41,983 nt of DNA, taken from the IMG/VR virus record IMGVR_UViG_3300045988_031699; one strand, written 5' to 3'. Both the position numbers and the translations under genes were made by a program. This stretch comes from a virus. Positions within the stretch are counted from its first letter, which is position 1. Each line of letters starts with the position of its first letter. The notes beneath the pieces are model-generated. The model saw only the letters and a program-made list of their open reading frames with translations. It ran no database searches and was not told the origin of the DNA. This document shows positions 22,588 through 31,536 of this stretch, in pieces.

Positions 22588-22949
22588 GTAGGCAATCCCT
22601 CCCGCAGTCTTTCAGCCGTAAAACTTTTTAAGCCGTTCAGCATAGGAGAAGCGCTTGCAGGGGCTTGCTTTTCTTCCGGGCGGCTCGTGACCCGGAAATA
22701 TGCCCCGGTCGTCACGTCCTTATACACGCTGCCGTACTCGATGGGCACATCTTTCCGCACAATGCCGGTATACACGCTGGTCACCCCCTGCGCTTCGGCC
22801 TGCCGTGCTTCAAGGCTGCTGTCCAGTGCAACAAAATTCGCAAACTCTGCGCCCTCTTTCCACTCGGTAGCATAGCCGCCTTCTCCGTCAGGCTTTGTCA
22901 GCTTGTCCATGATGATGCAGCTATGCGAAAAATCATCTAAAAGGCTCAT
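22584..22949 (-). CDS. Head-tail adaptor/head closure protein (positional, Phage_H_T_join-like)
   Basis: ATG 22949 in an ATGA overlap with the upstream stop and behind GGAGA (track start 22961 has no SD). Confidence 0.5.
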   Translation of the reverse strand: MSLLDDFSHSCIIMDKLTKPDGEGGYATEWKEGAEFANFVALDSSLEARQAEAQGVTSVYTGIVRKDVPIEYGSVYKDVTTGAYFRVTSRPEEKQAPASASPMLNGLKSFTAERLREGLPT

Positions 22950-23371
22950 AGCTTTCTCCATTTGTTCAGCCGGGACGCAAACACACCCTGCCAGCCCGTC
23001 ACAGAGCCGCCAGAATTGCCGTTTGCGCTCGATTTGGTGTAACTATACCCTGCAAAACTCTCGCTTTGAAACGGGCTGTTTGCAACGCTCTCATACTTGC
23101 TGCGCCATGCTTCCACGTCTTCAGCCAGAGAAATAAAGGCAGCTGGCACAGCCAGCGCCCACACAGCACCATCAAACGTTTCATCGGTCAAGCCGCCAGC
23201 ACCGTACTGGTGCACGCCATCGTTGAAAACGCTCCCGATAATGCGGAAATATTGCCCATCAACTAAAAAAGGCAGCGTAATGCTGCCGTCCTTGATGGTA
23301 AATGTGCCGCTGTACGCGCCATCCGGGACCTTAAACCAGTTCCGGCACTCCCTCATCAATTCCTCAAGCAT
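22946..23371 (-). CDS. Head-tail connector/DNA-packaging-type protein (positional)
   Basis: 141 aa directly after the major capsid gene. Confidence 0.45.
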   Translation of the reverse strand: MLEELMRECRNWFKVPDGAYSGTFTIKDGSITLPFLVDGQYFRIIGSVFNDGVHQYGAGGLTDETFDGAVWALAVPAAFISLAEDVEAWRSKYESVANSPFQSESFAGYSYTKSSANGNSGGSVTGWQGVFASRLNKWRKL

Positions 23372-23386
23372 TGCACTCCCTCTTTT

Positions 23387-24319
23387 TTACTGTGCTGCCT
23401 TAACAGTTTTTGCGCTCCGGGTTTCTGCGGGCGTAATGGTGGCAACGGCGATGCCGTCAAGGTATTCGGCCCACAGCTTCATGCCCATCAGAGCGTACAT
23501 ATCGCCAGTTGCGCGGCTGTAGTCACCGTCAACATGCACGCCAATCAGGTTGGTTTCTCCCTCGACGGTATAGTTCAGGCCCAGCTTGGCAAAATCGCTG
23601 TCGGCGGGGTCGATGTAATACAGGTCGATATTCTCAACAGGCACGGCGATAACCTTGTTCTTTGCAATGTACTTTTCTGGCAGCAGGAACAGGGTAGAGT
23701 AGCCCATGAAATTCTGAACATAGGTCAGTCCAAAGGCGGTCTGCGTGGTGATTTCCTTGTCGCCCAGATAGCCGTAGAAGTCCAGAATGTTGGCAAATCC
23801 GACAACCTCGGTAACATCACGATCCATGCTGGCGAACTTGTCCAGCACGTTGCCCTTTGCCAGAGCAAGACCCTGCTGCCAAGTGGTAGCAGCTACAGCC
23901 AGAGAGCCAGTGTTCAGGAAGGTGTAGAAGTCGCCCAGAACATTGTTCTGCAGGGCTACAAGGAACGCCTCGTCTGTCTTTTCAACGGCAACGTCTGCGC
24001 CGTACTTGGCGACTGCCTCAACGGATACGCTCTTGGCATACTTGGCAATCTCAATGTCTCCGTAGGTTTTGGGCTCGACCTTCATCTTGGTCAGCGGAAT
24101 TTCATCGCCCTCGGCAACGGACGTACCGCCAGCCAGAGTGCCGTCAACAGTGGCCTCATAGGATACCAGCTTTGTGCCGGGGGCCTTGCGGATGGGGCGC
24201 ATAATGCCCATGATGGTACGCAGCGCGTCCCAGTTCTTACCAAAGCGGGTGACAAAGTCAACCTCGCGGGCGTTGACAGTAATCTGGGCAGCGGTAGTCA
24301 GGTTAGTTTTTGCAGCCAT
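23387..24319 (-). CDS. Major capsid protein
   Basis: 310 aa after the scaffold gene. AAAGGAGCC SD. Composition and position typical of HK97-fold capsids. Confidence 0.8.
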   Translation of the reverse strand: MAAKTNLTTAAQITVNAREVDFVTRFGKNWDALRTIMGIMRPIRKAPGTKLVSYEATVDGTLAGGTSVAEGDEIPLTKMKVEPKTYGDIEIAKYAKSVSVEAVAKYGADVAVEKTDEAFLVALQNNVLGDFYTFLNTGSLAVAATTWQQGLALAKGNVLDKFASMDRDVTEVVGFANILDFYGYLGDKEITTQTAFGLTYVQNFMGYSTLFLLPEKYIAKNKVIAVPVENIDLYYIDPADSDFAKLGLNYTVEGETNLIGVHVDGDYSRATGDMYALMGMKLWAEYLDGIAVATITPAETRSAKTVKAAQ

Positions 24320-24336
24320 ATTTTGGCTCCTTTCTG

Positions 24337-24975
24337 TTAATCGTCAGCTTCGTTTTGCATGAGGTTCACAAGCGCCGCCTGCCGCTCGGATGTGGACAGT
24401 ACATAACGGCCCTTGTCATCCGTCTTGTAGATGTCCTCCCGCGTCAGGGCCTTGCCGCCATTGTTGGCAGGGGGAGTAGACGTGTCTGCGCCTTTGGTGC
24501 TGCTCTTGGTGATGTACTCGCCATAATCGGTCTTGAGGCTCTTTTCAAGTGCAGCTGCGTCTTTGATAGCGCCCTTGTCATCCAATTCCAGTTTGTCAAG
24601 CAGGCCGTCTCCCTTTGCAAGGCGTGCGACAGAGGAAATCCGTTTTTCAGAAATGCCGATTTTCAGCAGGACGTCGGACAGCGCCTTTTCTTTGGCAGCC
24701 GTTGTTTTCTCAGCGTCTACGTTGGCCTTGTAGTCCCCAAAAGCCTTGTGCTCTGCTTCATACTTAGCCTTGTAGCCGCCGTCGCCCTGCGCTTTCAGGT
24801 CGTCCAACTCCTTCTGAACGCCCGGCAGCTTTTCTGCATCGGCTTTATACCGCGTGACGTCGTCCTTCAGCGGGTCAACAACGCCAAGATGGAGCGCCAC
24901 CAGCTGATTTTCAATTTCGTCAGTGCAGCTTTCGCCAATGATTTTACGGATTTCAGCGCGTGTAAATTTTGCCAT
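24337..24975 (-). CDS. Scaffolding protein
   Basis: 212 aa, highly charged K/E/D/A-rich helical. Immediately upstream of the capsid gene. Confidence 0.8.
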   Translation of the reverse strand: MAKFTRAEIRKIIGESCTDEIENQLVALHLGVVDPLKDDVTRYKADAEKLPGVQKELDDLKAQGDGGYKAKYEAEHKAFGDYKANVDAEKTTAAKEKALSDVLLKIGISEKRISSVARLAKGDGLLDKLELDDKGAIKDAAALEKSLKTDYGEYITKSSTKGADTSTPPANNGGKALTREDIYKTDDKGRYVLSTSERQAALVNLMQNEADD

Positions 24976-25032
24976 GGGGGTTCTCTCCTTTTCTTCGGTG
25001 GCGGTTCTTCGCCATTTGAGTTCTATTTATTC

Positions 25033-25057
25033 AAAACGGCAGTGCTTCGCCGTTTTT
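25033..25057 (-). terminator. Hairpin terminator after the lipoprotein moron (bidirectional look)
   Basis: AAAACGGC-N8-GCCGTTTT(T). T-runs flank the stem on both strands. Confidence 0.5.
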
Positions 25058-25115
25058 GCGTATAAAAATAGCAACCGCCGAGAAAGTCTTGGTAGTTGCT
25101 AGGTAAACTTGCTTT

Positions 25116-25499
25116 TTACGGTTTTACTTCAACGCTGGGCAACACATTTGTGTGGAAATACAGCTTGTAATGGTACGGGTCTGTGTGTGTTCCTGTAATG
25201 TCCTCGACAACATACATCGTGTAGCTGTTTAGGTAGATGTAATTTTTTCTGTAAGTATCAGGGCCAACCTTTACAGTGCAGACAAGCTCGTTGCTGGAAT
25301 TGTTGGAGATAGACATATACCCCTCGGCTTCCATAATGACCTTGTCTGTTCTGGCGTTGTACACGGTGATTTTTCGTTCGCTCTCAAAGTAATCGGCCTG
25401 TTTAGAAATATTGGAGTTTGCTCTATCGGCTTCGGAGCAGCCACATAAAAGCAAAACTGAGACCATAACTGCAATTGCGATATAAAGAATCTTTTTCAT
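25116..25499 (-). CDS. Lipoprotein moron inside the head module (superinfection-exclusion candidate)
   Basis: ATG 25499 behind GGGAGGAAAG. Signal plus lipobox MKKILYIAIAVMVSVLLLCGC. Beta-rich mature part. More AT-rich than its neighbours. Confidence 0.75.
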   Translation of the reverse strand: MKKILYIAIAVMVSVLLLCGCSEADRANSNISKQADYFESERKITVYNARTDKVIMEAEGYMSISNNSSNELVCTVKVGPDTYRKNYIYLNSYTMYVVEDITGTHTDPYHYKLYFHTNVLPSVEVKP

Positions 25500-25532
25500 G
25501 TTCTTTCCTCCCAATAAAAAGAGCCGAGAGGC

Positions 25533-25943
25533 TTATTTACCTTTCAGCTCTGCTTCGATGATTTTTTTGTACTGTTCGCCGTGCTCGGCAACGGCAGTCT
25601 TGCTAAAAGGCTTTGCCCGTTGGCCGTGCGTCAAATGCCAATCTCCTTTTTCGTCTTTGTATACCCACGGCGTTTGTCTGCCGCCGGGGTAATATATGCC
25701 GGTTCCGCACTCAACGTATACGCCGTATTCGCTATTTGTGCCGACATATGCGGCTTTTTCGCCGTCGTTTACCATATGTGTAATGCTGTTTCGTAGTGCG
25801 CCAGTGCCGAATTTACCGGGGCTATTGCATAGTTTTTTAGCGTACCCCTCTGCCACAAGTCCGCATTCTTCCAGTGCCTTTAGGCAAGCAGCGTTTAGCG
25901 CTTCCAACACTTCATCGCTGTGGTCTTCAAGTCGTATCTGCAT
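25533..25943 (-). CDS. HK97 gp10-family protein (head-tail joining/tail completion type)
   Basis: GTGALRNSITHMV...AAYVGTNSEYGVYVECGTG matches the gp10-family pattern. ATG 25943 (track start 25970). Confidence 0.6.
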   Translation of the reverse strand: MQIRLEDHSDEVLEALNAACLKALEECGLVAEGYAKKLCNSPGKFGTGALRNSITHMVNDGEKAAYVGTNSEYGVYVECGTGIYYPGGRQTPWVYKDEKGDWHLTHGQRAKPFSKTAVAEHGEQYKKIIEAELKGK

Positions 25944-26934
25944 TGCGTTTCCACCACGCCCACTCTGCATAGGTCATATCTTTTACAAGCACAGATTCCC
26001 CCGTTTCTTGGTCAATAGCGCGTCTACCGCCGCTGCTTGTATCCTCGCCGTCAACCTCTGCAATTTGGGTGCAACGGCAATTATACACAAGATAGCCCGG
26101 TGCGGAACTGTCTCCCGGATACATAAGCTCGTAACCGTCAACCTTAAACGGCTTGTCAACGTCTACTGTCTGGCCGTCAAGCATTGCATGGGCGTGGCGT
26201 GTGCGCCCGTCCAGCGTTGCCAGCCATTGCTTTTTCAGCTTTATGCCCATGTCCTGCGCGGCACGGTAGGTATCTAGCCGCCCCGCGTTCTGCGCTCCTG
26301 TGACCGCCGTTCGTGCCGTTCTGATGGCGCTCGTGCGGTTCATATCCTGCATACGGCTTTGCAGGTCGTTGGCGATTTTAGGTATGCTTTTGCCTTGCAG
26401 GATGGAGCTTGTCACGCTGGCTGTAATCTGTTTCTTGCCGTATTTCAAGTCAATTCCGCGCTGCAATGCACGCTGCGGTGGATAATACGGCATCAAGTCA
26501 GGCTGTTCCACGATCAGACGTTTCACTGTCTGTTCATCCCACAGCGTAAAATCTGCTTTGTCGGAAACCTGCTCGATTTTGTAAGCTGCATAATTTCGGT
26601 TCAGGCTGTAAATGCCCGGCGTTGCGTCATTGACGTATGCCACAGCCGTTGCATTGGCATCGGTGTATCTTTCTGCCACTTTATCGCGCAGCGCCGTAAA
26701 ACGCTTGCCTCGGCCCATCTGCGCAAGCCGCCATTGCTTGTACTGCTGTTCGGTGATTTCGCCTGCATCCAGCTTTTCTTTCATGGCCGCATCACGCTTC
26801 TCGAACTGCTCAAAATAGGCTTTCACCGTGTCGGTCAGTTCGTCAGCAGCTTCTTTGTACAGCTTTGCGATGCGCTGTTCCAGCTTGGCAAGCTCGGCAT
26901 CTGTCATTTTGTGTGCGTAATCAGGTTTCGCCAT
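25927..26934 (-). CDS. Head morphogenesis protein, SPP1 gp7 / Mu F-like
   Basis: Follows the portal. C-terminal TLDGRTRHAHAMLDGQ...GYLVYNCRCT motif. Confidence 0.85.
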   Translation of the reverse strand: MAKPDYAHKMTDAELAKLEQRIAKLYKEAADELTDTVKAYFEQFEKRDAAMKEKLDAGEITEQQYKQWRLAQMGRGKRFTALRDKVAERYTDANATAVAYVNDATPGIYSLNRNYAAYKIEQVSDKADFTLWDEQTVKRLIVEQPDLMPYYPPQRALQRGIDLKYGKKQITASVTSSILQGKSIPKIANDLQSRMQDMNRTSAIRTARTAVTGAQNAGRLDTYRAAQDMGIKLKKQWLATLDGRTRHAHAMLDGQTVDVDKPFKVDGYELMYPGDSSAPGYLVYNCRCTQIAEVDGEDTSSGGRRAIDQETGESVLVKDMTYAEWAWWKRNADTT

Positions 26935-28321
26935 TGCCGTTCATTCCTTCTCCCGGCTGGTTCTGTGGCTCGTTAGGTGGCTGGTTGGTAATTGTACGGT
27001 CTAACTCCTCTGCCGCCTTTCGCCTCATCAAATCCTCGTACTGGTCTGCGTCGCCGAGAATGGTCAATAGCTTGCGCGTAATGTACTCGTCGTCGTAATA
27101 TTCCGCTCCGAGCAAGACGGTCTGCGCTTCTTCCTGCTTGTTGATAATCTGGTTGCGCGTATATGTCGGGTCGTCATCAATCCCGGCAACAGCCAAAATG
27201 CCCTTGATGCAGCGCGTTACGCAGCTTTCAAACTTGTCCGTTTTCAGGTCGAGTGGCACATAACTGGCCTTGATAGCCGTTGCAGTTTGGTTGCCAGCGC
27301 TGACAGCGGCAGAATCAAAGGCCTGAAAGTCCTCGTATAGCTTTTTGGTGAGCATATCAATAGTCGCCTGCGTGCCTTGGAACGGCGCTTCGATGCTCTG
27401 TGGCGTGGCCTTTGCGCCCTCGTCACCGTCAGCATGGGCGACATGGGTCGTCTTAAGACGCTCAATGAACTTTGTGTCGTCCTGCTCGTCCATGCCTCCG
27501 CAGTTGGTCAGAACCCAGAAAATCAGGTTGCCCTCGTCAACGTTGTTTACCATGTTGGAGCTTGCAAGGTCGAGCGCGTCAATGGTATTCTGTCGCCCCT
27601 GTAACTCGCTGTGGGCCTGCTCTCCGTTTTTCAGCGGGATAATGGGAAACCCGGGATAGTTCTCACCGTCATAAATTTCTGTGCCGTCTGCCTCGCTGGT
27701 GCGCAGCTTCAACTTGTAAGCGCGTTTCGGCTTGAGAATCGCCATATCATCGCTTTTGGGCTTTAGATACTCTGTGTAGCCGTCAAGCTCGTACAGCGTG
27801 GCGCGCAGTGGCTTATTGTCTGCCACCTGCCAGAAACGGATTCCGGCTTTAATGGAGCCGTCTTCCTCGTCGTACAGGGGAACAAATTCCTCTGCTGCGA
27901 ACACCTGCACATGGTCGAGATTCCAGAACATGAAAGACTGCCCGTCAATCAAAGCATGGCGGGCAGCGTCCATAATATCTTCATCAAACGTCGCACCCAG
28001 CGCCTTTTTTGTCTCCGGCTCCTGAAATGAAACGCCGTTTCCCAGCAAATACGAAACTTCTTGGTCTACGGCCAAGCCAAAAAACTTGCTTGCAATCTTG
28101 TGATTTGCCGTGTACATGTCACGGTGCGCCTTGCCCTGCATGTCGTAGATGATTTTCTCGTATTTGTTGATTGTAGGGTTTTCTCCGTGGTAATACTTGT
28201 TTGCGTTCGCGGCAAGGCGTGTGCTATGGTCGGTCTTATACTCATTGATTGCGCCCAGTATGAAACTCATGCGGGCATTTTCGTCCTCGCCAACCGCTAC
28301 AAAATCTTGGTATGTTTTCAC
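26921..28321 (-). CDS. Portal protein (SPP1 gp6-type order)
   Basis: 466 aa between TerL and the gp7-like gene. Confidence 0.85.
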   Translation of the reverse strand: MKTYQDFVAVGEDENARMSFILGAINEYKTDHSTRLAANANKYYHGENPTINKYEKIIYDMQGKAHRDMYTANHKIASKFFGLAVDQEVSYLLGNGVSFQEPETKKALGATFDEDIMDAARHALIDGQSFMFWNLDHVQVFAAEEFVPLYDEEDGSIKAGIRFWQVADNKPLRATLYELDGYTEYLKPKSDDMAILKPKRAYKLKLRTSEADGTEIYDGENYPGFPIIPLKNGEQAHSELQGRQNTIDALDLASSNMVNNVDEGNLIFWVLTNCGGMDEQDDTKFIERLKTTHVAHADGDEGAKATPQSIEAPFQGTQATIDMLTKKLYEDFQAFDSAAVSAGNQTATAIKASYVPLDLKTDKFESCVTRCIKGILAVAGIDDDPTYTRNQIINKQEEAQTVLLGAEYYDDEYITRKLLTILGDADQYEDLMRRKAAEELDRTITNQPPNEPQNQPGEGMNGNGET

Positions 28322-28336
28322 GTCTTCTCACCGCCT

Positions 28337-29608
28337 TTACACGAAAATGCTCTTGTATCTGGTTTCGGCGGTGTCTCCCGCCTTGTTCGCTGTGCTCTCC
28401 ATCGCATAACGCACTGCGTCAATGTGATGGTTGTTCAAATCCGGGTAGCCTTCCAGCACTTCTCCTGTCTTGCCGTCCCGCTCGTATTCATACTCGCTAA
28501 ATTCCTTTGCTGTGTCCGGGCATCGTTCCGGGTCAATGACAATAGCTTCCAGCATTTGCAGCCACTTTGTGCCGTAGCGAACCGATTTCGGCCCTTTGCG
28601 GGCAGGGAATGTTTTCACGCCGTACTTGTTATAGTCGGCAATGGATTTCGGCTCGGCGCTATCCGCGCAGACTTTGTCCTCACGTGTCAGCCCTTTATCC
28701 AAAAGCAGTTGCGCCGTGTCTCTGTTGCTGGTTCTGCGCCGCGTTAGCTCGTCGAAGATGTAAAGCGTGCGCCGCGCTGCGTCATAGTGCATTGCATTGT
28801 ATGCCCATGGGTCAGGATACCAGCCCCAGTCAACGCCGCGCTTGATTCTGTCGAATGTTTTCAACTGCTCGTCTGTGATTGGTTGAATTTTTAGGTTTTC
28901 GAATACCGCTGTGCCGCTGCCGACAACCTCGCCCAGATACTCGTGTCGGTAGGCCGTTTCGTTTGTGCGCTGCAAATATTCAGCATCGGCCAGAAACCGC
29001 TCTCCGAGCCATTCTGTGGGCGTTGTTTTGTAGGTGCTATGATGTATCAGCTTTCCATCTCGTGCTTTCAGTGCGTAGCCGTTTGCCCAGTTCCGCGCCA
29101 TTGCTGGCGGGTTGAAGCTCTTGAACGTAATGAACCAGTCACCGCCGCGCAAGCAGGACTGCTCCACGTTTCGGATTTGCTCTTCCCCGTCAAACTGGTC
29201 AAGTTCTTCAAACCAGCAGATGCCGATATAACCAAACGGCACTTTGATTGACTTTACCTTGCCGGGGTCATCAACGCCGAAAAAAAGCACCTTTTGCCCA
29301 GTAGGCAAATAGGTGCATTCCATCGGGGAGACCGTGCAGCGAAAATGGTCGTGCAATCCAAGCACATTGATTGCCCAGACGATTTGCGCATACACGCTTG
29401 TGCGCAGCGTGTTTCCGACCTTGCGGAAAACCGCCGCGTGGCATTGCGGATGCTTTAGCAGCTGCAAAATTAGCTCTATGCTAATATAGCTGGATTTTGT
29501 ACTGCCGCGCCCGCCCTTTGCGACAAGCTCTTTTACATTGCCTGCCTTGATTTCGCGGTGGGCTTCCCAAAAGCAAGGGGAAACTATATTTGACAATTTA
29601 CAAGTCAT
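28337..29608 (-). CDS. terL: Terminase large subunit (PBSX/Terminase_3-like)
   Basis: Walker A-like KGGRGSTKS near the N-terminus. 423 aa, overlaps the TerS end. Confidence 0.9.
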   Translation of the reverse strand: MTCKLSNIVSPCFWEAHREIKAGNVKELVAKGGRGSTKSSYISIELILQLLKHPQCHAAVFRKVGNTLRTSVYAQIVWAINVLGLHDHFRCTVSPMECTYLPTGQKVLFFGVDDPGKVKSIKVPFGYIGICWFEELDQFDGEEQIRNVEQSCLRGGDWFITFKSFNPPAMARNWANGYALKARDGKLIHHSTYKTTPTEWLGERFLADAEYLQRTNETAYRHEYLGEVVGSGTAVFENLKIQPITDEQLKTFDRIKRGVDWGWYPDPWAYNAMHYDAARRTLYIFDELTRRRTSNRDTAQLLLDKGLTREDKVCADSAEPKSIADYNKYGVKTFPARKGPKSVRYGTKWLQMLEAIVIDPERCPDTAKEFSEYEYERDGKTGEVLEGYPDLNNHHIDAVRYAMESTANKAGDTAETRYKSIFV

Positions 29609-29930
29609 CTACAATTTGCACCCCGCTATCCTCTTTCTGTTCCGGCGTATCGCTCTGCCCCAGATACTGTTTGCCAAGCCAAATTGCCATATTTGCGTTT
29701 TTTTGGGCAAGGGCGAATTGATACCGACGCAGAGAGCATTTTCCCTTTCCTCGCTTTTGCTTAAAAACTACGGAAAAACTATCCTTGTATGTCCTTTTGC
29801 ACCACGCATCAATCGTTTTGTCCGTTACGCCAAAGAAATCGCATATATCTTCTTTTGTACACTGTAACCCGCATAGGTTTTCAAAGTGGTTTTGATCAAT
29901 CTCTTTTCGCGGGCGTCCTGTTTTTGCCAT
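29598..29930 (-). CDS. terS: Terminase small subunit
   Basis: MAKTGRPRKEIDQNHFENLCGLQCTKEDICDFFGVTDKTIDAW (HTH). AAAGGAGGG SD. Immediately upstream of TerL. Confidence 0.75.
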   Translation of the reverse strand: MAKTGRPRKEIDQNHFENLCGLQCTKEDICDFFGVTDKTIDAWCKRTYKDSFSVVFKQKRGKGKCSLRRYQFALAQKNANMAIWLGKQYLGQSDTPEQKEDSGVQIVDDL

Positions 29931-30036
29931 AAACGCCCTCCTTTTTCTTTTGGCGTTGAATGAATTTCTGCATATCCCTTTTTAAGTACGGGCTGTCTGT
30001 CTTTTCGATTATTTTTCGCGCTTCTTTAATTGTCAT
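29896..30036 (-). CDS. Possible 46-aa ORF bridging MTase and TerS
   Basis: ATG 30036 (MTIKEARKIIEKTDSPYLKRDMQKFIQRQKKK...) is the only plausible part of track ORF 29896-30288. Its tail overlaps the TerS SD and start. Confidence 0.3.
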   Translation of the reverse strand: MTIKEARKIIEKTDSPYLKRDMQKFIQRQKKKEGVYGKNRTPAKRD

Positions 30037-31288
30037 TTCCCAAGCCTCGCACGATTGTCCATTCCCGCTCCGACAACTCCCAAATATTCGTGTTGACCTT
30101 TTCCGCAGCAGCCTTTTCCGCAGCAGCCTTTTCCGCAGCAGCCTTTTCCGCAGCAGCCTTTTCCGCAGCAGCCTTTTCCGCAGCAGCCTTTTCCGATAGC
30201 AAAAAGCCGGAGCCGAACAATCCTTTCCCCGACGCTTTCTGTGCGTCAAGCGCGCGGATAAAATGTGCATCTTTTTCGCTAATTTCAAGGCTTACGCCGT
30301 GAGCTGCCATATAACACAGCATCGTTGCTGTCAAAACCTCGTCTGGATATGAGTATTTCGGCAGTTCTCTGTGCAACTTTTTGAGATTCTTTTTGTTCTC
30401 GCCATCCAGAATTTCTCTTAAATCAGCGGCAGCGACAATCTTATGGCCTCCCATGTTGGTAACAAACGACGTATTGACAGACGCACCATTTTCATACACA
30501 ACTCCGCACCCGCACGCCACATAGTTTACTGCGCCGCGCATAATTCCGAGAAGCGTAAGCGTTGGAGCAAACAAAAAGAAGTTGATTCTCTTGCTTGTGT
30601 ACCACTCGCAGATTTCTGAAATAATGGAAAAAGGCGGATTGTCTATCACAACACACCCGGAAGGGTATTTCTCGCTTTTATAATCTCCGCCCGGATAAAA
30701 CGGGCGCACAATCGCGGCATTGCCAATTTCGTACTTCTCAACCGCCCAATCTTTTACTGTGTCGTAGATATTATCTGGCGTATAGCAATCGTCCGTTGTT
30801 TTCTTCGCTTCAAACTTTTTCAGAAACTCTTGATATTCTTCGTCATCGTCCGAAAGTTCCCCGCGCTCCATGCGTTCTCTAAATTCCTGTTCACGGTCTT
30901 CGTTAGTAATTTCCGTTTCGTCGGCATCTTGGAAATCCCAATCAAAATCAAACGCCGACAAATCCAACTCTGGCAGCTCATCTTTCAGCAGGTCGAAGTC
31001 CCAATCACTCTCGTTGCTTTTGTTATCTACCAGCCGCAGGGCATTCACCTGCTCTGGTGTCAAATCGTCCACACAGACGCACGGTACTTCTTTGATTCCC
31101 AGCTTTTTTGCAGCCAATGCGCGGCAATGCCCAATCACAATAATGTTGTTTTTGTCCACAACAACCGGCTGCACAAACCCATATTGCTTGATGCTTTCGG
31201 CAACATTTTTGATTTGCCTTGCATCGTGCTTTTTTGCGTTTTTTGAGTATGGCTGAATTTCTCCAAGCGCTTTCATTACAACTTGCAT
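30026..31288 (-). CDS. ParB-like N-terminal domain fused to an (N/D)PPF DNA methyltransferase, with (AAEKA)6 linker near the C-terminus
   Basis: ATG 31288 behind AAAGGAGG (the track's GTG 31321 lies inside a terminator). ParB-type KNAKKHDARQIKNVAESIKQYGFVQPVVV...GHCRALAAKKLG. Motif IV VVIDNPPFS. Confidence 0.75.
   Translation of the reverse strand: MQVVMKALGEIQPYSKNAKKHDARQIKNVAESIKQYGFVQPVVVDKNNIIVIGHCRALAAKKLGIKEVPCVCVDDLTPEQVNALRLVDNKSNESDWDFDLLKDELPELDLSAFDFDWDFQDADETEITNEDREQEFRERMERGELSDDDEEYQEFLKKFEAKKTTDDCYTPDNIYDTVKDWAVEKYEIGNAAIVRPFYPGGDYKSEKYPSGCVVIDNPPFSIISEICEWYTSKRINFFLFAPTLTLLGIMRGAVNYVACGCGVVYENGASVNTSFVTNMGGHKIVAAADLREILDGENKKNLKKLHRELPKYSYPDEVLTATMLCYMAAHGVSLEISEKDAHFIRALDAQKASGKGLFGSGFLLSEKAAAEKAAAEKAAAEKAAAEKAAAEKAAAEKVNTNIWELSEREWTIVRGLGNDN
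30097..30195 (-). repeat. 15-bp x6 perfect in-frame tandem repeat (codes AAEKA x6)
   Basis: ccttttccgcagcag at 30097, 30112, 30127, 30142, 30157 and 30172, plus a partial seventh. Confidence 0.95.
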
Positions 31289-31305
31289 AACTTCCTCCTT
31301 TATGC

Positions 31306-31337
31306 AAAACAAAAAGCCCACACAATTTGTGTAGGCT
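31306..31337 (-). terminator. Intrinsic terminator immediately upstream of the late operon
   Basis: Minus strand AGCCTACACA-AAT-TGTGTGGGCT (10 bp including one G.U that would be a C.A mismatch on the plus strand), then TTTTGTTTT. Ends about 18 nt before the late-operon SD. Confidence 0.6.
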
Positions 31338-31453
31338 TATATCCCCCAAAACCCCTTTGCGCCGGAGGAGAAGCGCGTTCCCGCCCTACCGGTTTATGCT
31401 GTGCCGGTCTCACCCGTTGCGGGGAGCAATTCCGCAACGCTTTCATACGGTGT

Positions 31454-31536
31454 GCAAGTTACAAGCAAGTTAACATTCAACGCATTACCGTCTTATATTT
31501 TGAAACTTGTCACAAACTTGCACGCTTTTGCAAGTT
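31454..31536 (-). promoter_or_regulatory. GCAAGTT/AACTTGC motif cluster with candidate late promoter (-10 TATAAG)
   Basis: Exact motif at 31454, 31465, 31515 and 31530, with variants at 31504, 31634 and 31645. Palindrome AACTTGC-N8-GCAAGTT at 31515-31536. Minus-strand TATAAG (31492-31497) lies 17 nt downstream of a motif copy. Confidence 0.4.

Noticed and set aside
29960-30302. ORFs encoding KRLLR, SSLFR or SAAAF repeats (upstream part of 29896-30288; 29960-30199; 30030-30302)
   Set aside because: These are alternative frames or the opposite strand of the 15-bp repeat inside the ParB-methyltransferase gene. Only the AAEKA frame continues a long motif-bearing ORF.
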